64,000 bases of DNA, taken from a bacterium. Its GTDB lineage: Bacteria > UBP14 > UBA6098 > B30-G16. Location: contig JAGGZE010000148.1 of the NCBI GenBank assembly GCA_021162205.1, positions 283 through 64,282 on the forward strand, given 5' to 3'. Below the pieces are notes generated by a model that saw only the letters and a list, made by a program, of their open reading frames with translations, was not told the DNA's origin and made no database searches. A program made the translations under genes and the position numbers. Numbering within the stretch: position 1 is the first letter of the stretch; every line of letters starts with the position of its first letter. This document shows positions 58,424 to 64,000 of this stretch, one piece after another.

Positions 58424-60732
58424 GATATTTTATTATAAAAATATCGGCGATTTTATTTCTTGGAGCAATCGGCATCGTTTATGGCTGGTCATTCGGCGAT
58501 GTCGTGATTAATGAACTTATGTGGATGGGAACATCCCGCAGCATTTACGATGAATATCTCGAAATTCGCAATATTACAGGCACCCCAATCAATTTTTCAA
58601 CGACACATTGGAGCATTTACCGAAACGATGAATTGCTTTTAGTTATAGATAATGGGATACTTTCGGCGAATGGATATTTTCTAATTTCACGGATGGATAC
58701 AATAAGTTCTGCACTAAATATTATGCCAGATATGGTTACTACCGCCTTGTTCTTGAATAATTCCGATGTGCAATATAAACTTTATGCAGGTCCCGACAAC
58801 ACATATACATTGCTCGATATCGCCGACGACGAAAGCGGTTCACCGCTTGCAGGAAACTATCACGGTTTTATGGGTGGAATATATTGGTCGATGGAGCGAA
58901 ACAATATTCCTGACGATGGCACACTCGAATCGAGCTGGCATACGGCTTGTTTATCGGTCGATTTCGATTCGGGTGCAATCGAGCGAGGAACTCCACGAGC
59001 GCCAAACCGAGAAAATTTCCCGCCATTCTGGAGTGGAGTAAATTTCCCATCGCTTTCTGCAGATGACAACGATTTGATTTTCACCGCTTTTTCCTGTCAG
59101 GATACCGATAATATTCCCGATTCGATGGAGGTAATCGGTATCTGGTGGAAAATTGGCGACCCGATGCCGATTTATACCGCAACACATTACAATGTTTCCG
59201 CTGGTGAAAATATCGATGTGATTTTGCCGCATACTTTCACGAAACCTGGAATGTATTATGCATGGCAGATTTCCTTGGATGATGGTCAGGATACGGTTTC
59301 ACAAGCTGGAACACTTTTTGTTCATTTTAATCGAAATGATATTTTAATCGATGAACTTTGCTGGGGTGGGTCGTCTCAAAGTTCGCAGGATGAATGGTTC
59401 GAGCTTTTAAACACAAGATACGATACAATTTATTTTGCACAAACTCCATTTTATCTTTGGCGGAAAAATCTCGCTGGTGAAAATATTTCATTCGATACTT
59501 TGAATTATGGTTCGCTTGCACCCAATAACCGTCTGCTTATAAAAAGACTTCCCTTCGACGATGAAAATACTGCTGTTGCTGTGTCTCCCAATATCGTTAT
59601 TCCCGATTTCACAATTTATAATAACAGGATTTTTCTTGGGATAACCGATTTGCCAGATACGAACTATTTTGTCGATGTCGCAGGTGATGGTTCACTTCCA
59701 TTTGCGGGAGCAAAAAGCACCGCCGATAGTCTTTGGGCATCGATGTTCAGGATTTCATCGGACTCCGATGGTTCGCTGCCATCATCGTGGAAAAGTAGTG
59801 CGGTTACGATAAATTTCAAGGATAGTCTGCTCGATAGAGGAACTCCCGGTGTGCAATCGATTCCCAACTATGCACCGAGATTGTTTTTGCCGGATACTCT
59901 TTCGTTTTTTGAGCCCGATACGGGAACGAAAGACACGGTATTTACATTCAGTATTATGTATTCCGACAGCGATGACACAGCACCCAATTCCGTTGTTCTG
60001 CTTGCGGATTTGAATAACGATGGCAACTGGGAATCGGATGAGATTTTTCCAATGACAGTAGTTTCTGACACACCCGATTTCATCGATGGGACGCTTTTAT
60101 CTGCGCAGGTTTCGGGTTTCGCACCGACTATGGATGGTGAATTATTTACTTTTCGAGTATCGGATAGTCTTGTGATTACGCCATTTCCAATCCCTGCTGA
60201 AAATGGTCCCATTATATATCCCGTTGCGGGAATTTGGCTTTCGGATAGTGTCTGGCGAACAGATACATTACACTGGCTTATGGATAAATTCGCAATAAGT
60301 CCACCGATTCAGGTTCGGAACACCGGCGATTTGCCTGAAATTATCGAGTTAAGAATAGCATCGGAGGATACATTCGAGCATGATTGCTGTTTTCCACACT
60401 GCGAGGGCGGATGGATTTCCACTTGTGACACATCGGAATTAAGCTGCAATATATATATGCTTTCGGCGATATTCTTACCCGATGGTGCGACACCAGATTC
60501 TTCCTATTTCGATGAGTTCGGCGATGACGATTGTCTCACTCCGATAAATTTCAAAATCGCACGAGGAGACACATTCGGCACATTTGGAGTGAATGCCGCA
60601 CAAAATTTACTTCGAGACGATTCGGCATTTTTATGGTTTTTCATAAATTTACCACATATTTCATACGGATTGCATACGAATGAGGCACATAAAATAACGG
60701 CCGAAATAAAATGTGTCGTGAATTTCCCGTAA
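58420..60732 (+). CDS. Secreted protein with two lamin-tail domains (LTD) and a Cys-rich C-terminal region
   Basis: Signal 'MRYFIIKISAILFLGAIGIVYG'. LTD1 'VVINELMWMGTS…EYLEIRN'. LTD2 'ILIDELCWGGSS…EWFELLN'. The ATGA overlaps the stop of the giant gene. Confidence 0.7.
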   Translation: MRYFIIKISAILFLGAIGIVYGWSFGDVVINELMWMGTSRSIYDEYLEIRNITGTPINFSTTHWSIYRNDELLLVIDNGILSANGYFLISRMDTISSALNIMPDMVTTALFLNNSDVQYKLYAGPDNTYTLLDIADDESGSPLAGNYHGFMGGIYWSMERNNIPDDGTLESSWHTACLSVDFDSGAIERGTPRAPNRENFPPFWSGVNFPSLSADDNDLIFTAFSCQDTDNIPDSMEVIGIWWKIGDPMPIYTATHYNVSAGENIDVILPHTFTKPGMYYAWQISLDDGQDTVSQAGTLFVHFNRNDILIDELCWGGSSQSSQDEWFELLNTRYDTIYFAQTPFYLWRKNLAGENISFDTLNYGSLAPNNRLLIKRLPFDDENTAVAVSPNIVIPDFTIYNNRIFLGITDLPDTNYFVDVAGDGSLPFAGAKSTADSLWASMFRISSDSDGSLPSSWKSSAVTINFKDSLLDRGTPGVQSIPNYAPRLFLPDTLSFFEPDTGTKDTVFTFSIMYSDSDDTAPNSVVLLADLNNDGNWESDEIFPMTVVSDTPDFIDGTLLSAQVSGFAPTMDGELFTFRVSDSLVITPFPIPAENGPIIYPVAGIWLSDSVWRTDTLHWLMDKFAISPPIQVRNTGDLPEIIELRIASEDTFEHDCCFPHCEGGWISTCDTSELSCNIYMLSAIFLPDGATPDSSYFDEFGDDDCLTPINFKIARGDTFGTFGVNAAQNLLRDDSAFLWFFINLPHISYGLHTNEAHKITAEIKCVVNFP

Positions 60733-60744
60733 AATATCTAAGAT

Positions 60745-60804
60745 AAACCTCTTTTGGAAAGGAGTGTAAGGAAAACCCCTTCTTTTAAGAACCATTTCCC
60801 TTAC
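60745..60804. repeat. Intergenic element D: 'AAACCTCTTTTGGAAAGGAGTGTAAGGAAAACCCCTTCTTTTAAGAAcc…'
   Basis: Second copy of the motif at 40420-40540, without the palindrome insertion. Lies between convergent genes. Confidence 0.7.
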
Positions 60805-60822
60805 AAAATTTTCCAATTTAAA

Positions 60823-61746
60823 TTATTTCAGATAGAAAATGCTATATGCCGCAATCGTATGTTCTTCTCTTTTCGCGTTGACAAAATATATACCACTGGG
60901 ATTTTGTTTATTCGGTGTCCATATCGCTTTTAAATTGGATAATTGTGTAATGTCTGCGACAATTTTTCCCGATAAATCGGTGATTTGAATATTTTGAGTT
61001 CCCTTTGGCACATCGATTTCGCAAGATGAATTGAACGGATTGGGATAAGCATTTATGTCGAATGTTTGTGGAATTCCTTTTGTTTCGGCCACTTCGGACA
61101 AATCATACTCTCGCAAATAAGAATATGTCTCCGATGGTGTCATCGGATTGGGATTTACAGTAATCGATTGCACTTCACCAACTTCATAGGCATACCAATC
61201 CTCGAACTGCTCGAATGTATCCGAATATGAATACACCGGCATACCGCTTACAAATACTGTAACATCCATTTCATTTGTAATAACAATTTTTATGCAATCA
61301 TCGAATTCGCCTGCTGGAACATCGACATTCACGATAGATTCCGCTGTCGCATACATATAACTATAGATTTGATAAGTATAACCCGAATCGGAAAAAGTTG
61401 TGTCTATTGTTACAACATCCCAGACATCTCCCAGTGAAAAAGTAGTTGGAAACATTCTCGCCCAGAATTCATCCATTATAAGATGATATATTCCATCATC
61501 TCGAATTTCGTAATACGATGTGGAATTTGAATCGCCGCTTGTTTCCACTATGTATGCGGTATAGCTATCCAGTATTGTATCGCCCGTTATTTCGGTGGTG
61601 ATAAACGATACCGTATCCGCTGTGCTGTTAGAATCGACATAATTCCAGATATATCCTACACCGATTGGGAAATAATCGCTTGCGATGTATGTCTGGGCAA
61701 AAAGCAAACCTGCAAATGCGATGATGAAAATAATTGTGGTTTTCAT
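60823..61746 (-). CDS. Secreted hypothetical protein with a T9SS type-A CTD
   Basis: Signal 'MKTTIIFIIAFAGLLFAQ'. C-terminus 'INAYPNPFNSSCEIDV…GIYFVNA'. Confidence 0.65.
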   Translation of the reverse strand: MKTTIIFIIAFAGLLFAQTYIASDYFPIGVGYIWNYVDSNSTADTVSFITTEITGDTILDSYTAYIVETSGDSNSTSYYEIRDDGIYHLIMDEFWARMFPTTFSLGDVWDVVTIDTTFSDSGYTYQIYSYMYATAESIVNVDVPAGEFDDCIKIVITNEMDVTVFVSGMPVYSYSDTFEQFEDWYAYEVGEVQSITVNPNPMTPSETYSYLREYDLSEVAETKGIPQTFDINAYPNPFNSSCEIDVPKGTQNIQITDLSGKIVADITQLSNLKAIWTPNKQNPSGIYFVNAKREEHTIAAYSIFYLK

Positions 61747-61792
61747 AAAAATCCTCTTTTTTTGTAATTTTTCAGATTAAAATTTTTTTAAA

Positions 61793-62224
61793 TCATTTTC
61801 CAGTGCTGCCGAAACCGCCATTTCCTCGTTCTGTTTCTGTAACTTCATCGACCTCGATAAGTTCGGGCTCCGCGACAGGGCAGATAACCATCTGTGCAAT
61901 TCTATCGCCATTTTCGATTGTGATTGGTTCATCACCGAGATTGGCTAAAATAACTTTAATCTCGCCTCGATAGTCGGGGTCGATAGTGCCGGGAGAATTG
62001 AGCATAGTGAGTCCATATTTTATAGCGAGTCCGCTTCGAGGACGAATCTGTGCCTCGAAACCCTGTGGAACCTCGATTACAAAACCAGCAGGGACAATTG
62101 CTCTTTCACCGACTGCGAGTTCTATGGAATTATCGAGTCGAGCAAAAATATCGAAACCGACAGCGTTATCACTCATTTTACAAGGAATAATACCGTCACC
62201 AAATTTTTTTACCCCGATTTTCAT
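61793..62224 (-). CDS. dut: dUTP diphosphatase
   Basis: 'AVGFDIFA', 'RSGLAIKYG', 'GTIDPDYRGEI', 'RIAQMVI' and the five dUTPase motifs. Confidence 0.9.
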   Translation of the reverse strand: MKIGVKKFGDGIIPCKMSDNAVGFDIFARLDNSIELAVGERAIVPAGFVIEVPQGFEAQIRPRSGLAIKYGLTMLNSPGTIDPDYRGEIKVILANLGDEPITIENGDRIAQMVICPVAEPELIEVDEVTETERGNGGFGSTGK

Positions 62225-62278
62225 CGACGAAAAATAAATATAAAATATCGAATGTCAAGAGATTAAAAATCGATAAGA

Positions 62279-62313
62279 GGATATATAAAAGAGCGGATAT
62301 AAAAATCCGCTCC
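62279..62313 (-). terminator. Rho-independent terminator of the LVIVD-repeat gene
   Basis: On the minus strand: ggagcggat-ttttata-tccgctc followed by 'ttttatatat'. Confidence 0.6.
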
Positions 62314-62347
62314 AACAAAAAGGGAAAACTATATTTTTGCAAACCCC

Positions 62348-64000
62348 TTATTTTACCAGAATTAATCTCTGTTCACTATTCGAAGTCGGTGTTTTTAGAA
62401 CGGCGAAATATGTTCCACTCGGTGAATCATCGCTGTTCCAATGCAATGTATATTTACCGGCGGGGACAACATCGTTTATCAATGTAACCACTTGTTTGCC
62501 GGTGACATCGTATATCGAAAAATCGAGTCGACTTTTTTCCGCAACCGAGAATGTTATCGCTGTCGATGAATTAAATGGGTTCGGATAAGCATCAATTATT
62601 TTGTTTTCGACAGGCAAATTCGGCGTTTTTCTCGTGTAAGTGTTCAAACTCGAAAGTCGATATACATAAACTCCCGCAAGTGCATCTATTCCATAAATCG
62701 AGCCATTATCGGCATAAATATGAGTCCAATACCCACTATTTGGAATTTCATCGACAAGTTCGACATCTGGTAGATGCGATATATCGAATACTTTCATCGC
62801 ACCCTGACCATCGGAAAGATATGCGAAATCGCCATCGATAGCGAGGTCGGTTCCCCAAACTGTCGTGTATGAATTTTCCAGCACAGGTTCTTTGGGATTC
62901 CCGACATTTATAACTGCCAGTCCATTGGGACCGTCGGCGGCGAGCAAATACTTGCCGACAAGTGCAATACCATTTCCACCTTCCTGACTGGTCTGAACCG
63001 AGCCGACAAACTGCGGTGCGCCATCGCCGAGTTTCCATATCTGATACCCGCCACGATAATCGGATGCATAAAGCAAATCCTGCGAAATAGCGATGTCGCA
63101 GAACTGAATCGAGCCATCCTTAATATTGTATAACTTGCTAAAATCGGTTGAATTCAAAATGTAAATTCCTTCGCTTCCAAGACTGACCGTGCAATATTTT
63201 TCACCAAATACGATTTCGCCGATAGGGTCGAGTTTATCGATTTTCGCGATAGGATATTCCGCAAGCCACTGACCATCGACATCGAATTTCTCGATGAAAA
63301 CATTGGCATCGGAATCTTTCCTTGCACCCAAAGCGTAAATTTCGCCGTTATGCGATTTCACATCCCAAGTAGTATGAAGGTATTCATTTCCGAATTTTTT
63401 CTCGACCACTGGATTTTCAGGAGAATTCACATCGATTAAAACGATACCAGAAAGTCCAGCGGCGACATAGAATTTATCGCCGAGTGCACATCCCCGTTGT
63501 GGAACATCGGATGTCGAGAAACTGCCGATTTCAAGAGGATGTTCGACATTGGAAATATCGAAAACCGAAAGTCCTTCATAGGTATTGGCAAGATAGATAT
63601 TGTCATCTTTTAGAACACAATCCACAGTCGGCAAATCGCTTAGGTTCCACAGCATAACAGGGTCTTTTCGGTTTTTTAATAATCGATATGTTGCAAAATT
63701 TGCCATTCCACCAGCGAAAACCACATCGTCGCGAACTCGAACAACTCTCGGTGACTCGAATGGGAAACTAAAAAGATTGGGTCCGAAAATATTTTTTTCA
63801 TCACGCTTGGGTTCATCGAGACGACCATAGAGAATAATATCTCGATACGCTTTAACCGCGGTATAAACACCCTTCTGGCTGCCATAGAGATAGAAATGCT
63901 GCGGGTCGGGAGTGAAAAAAGCTCCCAGACCGAGTTTGCCAGCGGCAGCAAAAAGTTTATTATTATAGTAATCGATTTTAAGCGGTGTGCCATTGAGTTC
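62348..64000 (-). CDS. LVIVD-repeat beta-propeller protein with a T9SS type-A CTD. The N-terminus lies beyond the window end.
   Basis: Repeated 'DGPNGLAVINVGNP'-like LVIVD units. CTD 'IDAYPNPFNSSTAITF…GTYFAVL'. The frame stays open through 63725-64000 ('…ESPRVVRVRDDVVFAGG…'), so the ORF-track 'start' at 63724 is an internal GTG. Confidence 0.75.
   Translation of the reverse strand, partial: ELNGTPLKIDYYNNKLFAAAGKLGLGAFFTPDPQHFYLYGSQKGVYTAVKAYRDIILYGRLDEPKRDEKNIFGPNLFSFPFESPRVVRVRDDVVFAGGMANFATYRLLKNRKDPVMLWNLSDLPTVDCVLKDDNIYLANTYEGLSVFDISNVEHPLEIGSFSTSDVPQRGCALGDKFYVAAGLSGIVLIDVNSPENPVVEKKFGNEYLHTTWDVKSHNGEIYALGARKDSDANVFIEKFDVDGQWLAEYPIAKIDKLDPIGEIVFGEKYCTVSLGSEGIYILNSTDFSKLYNIKDGSIQFCDIAISQDLLYASDYRGGYQIWKLGDGAPQFVGSVQTSQEGGNGIALVGKYLLAADGPNGLAVINVGNPKEPVLENSYTTVWGTDLAIDGDFAYLSDGQGAMKVFDISHLPDVELVDEIPNSGYWTHIYADNGSIYGIDALAGVYVYRLSSLNTYTRKTPNLPVENKIIDAYPNPFNSSTAITFSVAEKSRLDFSIYDVTGKQVVTLINDVVPAGKYTLHWNSDDSPSGTYFAVLKTPTSNSEQRLILVK

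Noticed and set aside
62348-63724. ORF-track start of the LVIVD gene at 63724 and of argF at 31298 (both GTG reported as M), and the long starts at 3664, 1916 and 22552.
   Set aside because: The frame stays open upstream to the window edge for the LVIVD gene, so it is 5'-partial. argF has a Shine-Dalgarno-supported internal ATG (MKQDFL). The other long starts would create large overlaps with neighbours, whereas internal Mets give canonical N-termini and ATGA coupling.
1-64000. tRNA, rRNA or tmRNA genes, and sigma-54 (-24 TGGCAC / -12 TTGCW) promoters near the sigma-54 activator gene.
   Set aside because: No T-loop (GGTTCGAATCC-like) with a matching acceptor stem was found. Every TGGCAC or GTGCCA occurrence lacks a correctly spaced TTGC. 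No call is made.

Overview
A 64 kb chromosomal segment of roughly 40% GC from a bacterium that uses Shine-Dalgarno sites (AGGAGG/GGAGG spaced before starts) and exports many proteins through the type IX secretion system (T9SS). It carries six proteins with C-terminal T9SS sorting domains (CTDs): four type A ('NPFNSS…GIYF') and two type B ('TPNGDGIND'). That combination points to a non-Bacteroidetes member of the Fibrobacteres-Chlorobi-Bacteroidetes (FCB) superphylum or a related candidate phylum. I call about 39 CDS. Housekeeping genes: ribF (5'-partial), dxr, gcvT, pgeF, rimO, fabG, a Xer recombinase, argF, rluD, dut, a four-subunit 2-oxoacid:ferredoxin oxidoreductase operon, a cation diffusion facilitator (CDF) transporter, a TtcA-like PP-loop ATPase, and a dTDP-4-dehydrorhamnose reductase-like (RmlD-like) reductase with a GT4 glycosyltransferase. 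These are interleaved with cell-surface and signalling genes. Six items stand out. (1) A 1590-aa single-chain fusion of a Ser/Thr kinase, a STAND-like/TPR region, a GAF domain and a sigma-54 activator with a C-terminal HTH, translationally coupled to an upstream polytopic O-antigen-ligase-like/TPR membrane protein. (2) A 3799-aa T9SS type-B cargo built from about 16 tandem ~208-aa Cys-containing di-domain units, overlapping by 4 bp a downstream secreted protein with two lamin-tail domains (LTD). (3) A 1283-aa vWA-containing type-B cargo followed by two small secreted proteins of unknown function. (4) Two families of short intergenic repeat/hairpin elements, each present at two loci. (5) A divergent pair of uncharacterised genes at 37.7–40.4 kb. 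(6) A GerW/YtfJ-family protein. No tRNA, rRNA, CRISPR array or obvious mobile element was found. Three strong Rho-independent terminators and one sigma-70-like promoter with TTGACA-17-TATTAT are visible, plus several weaker candidates.
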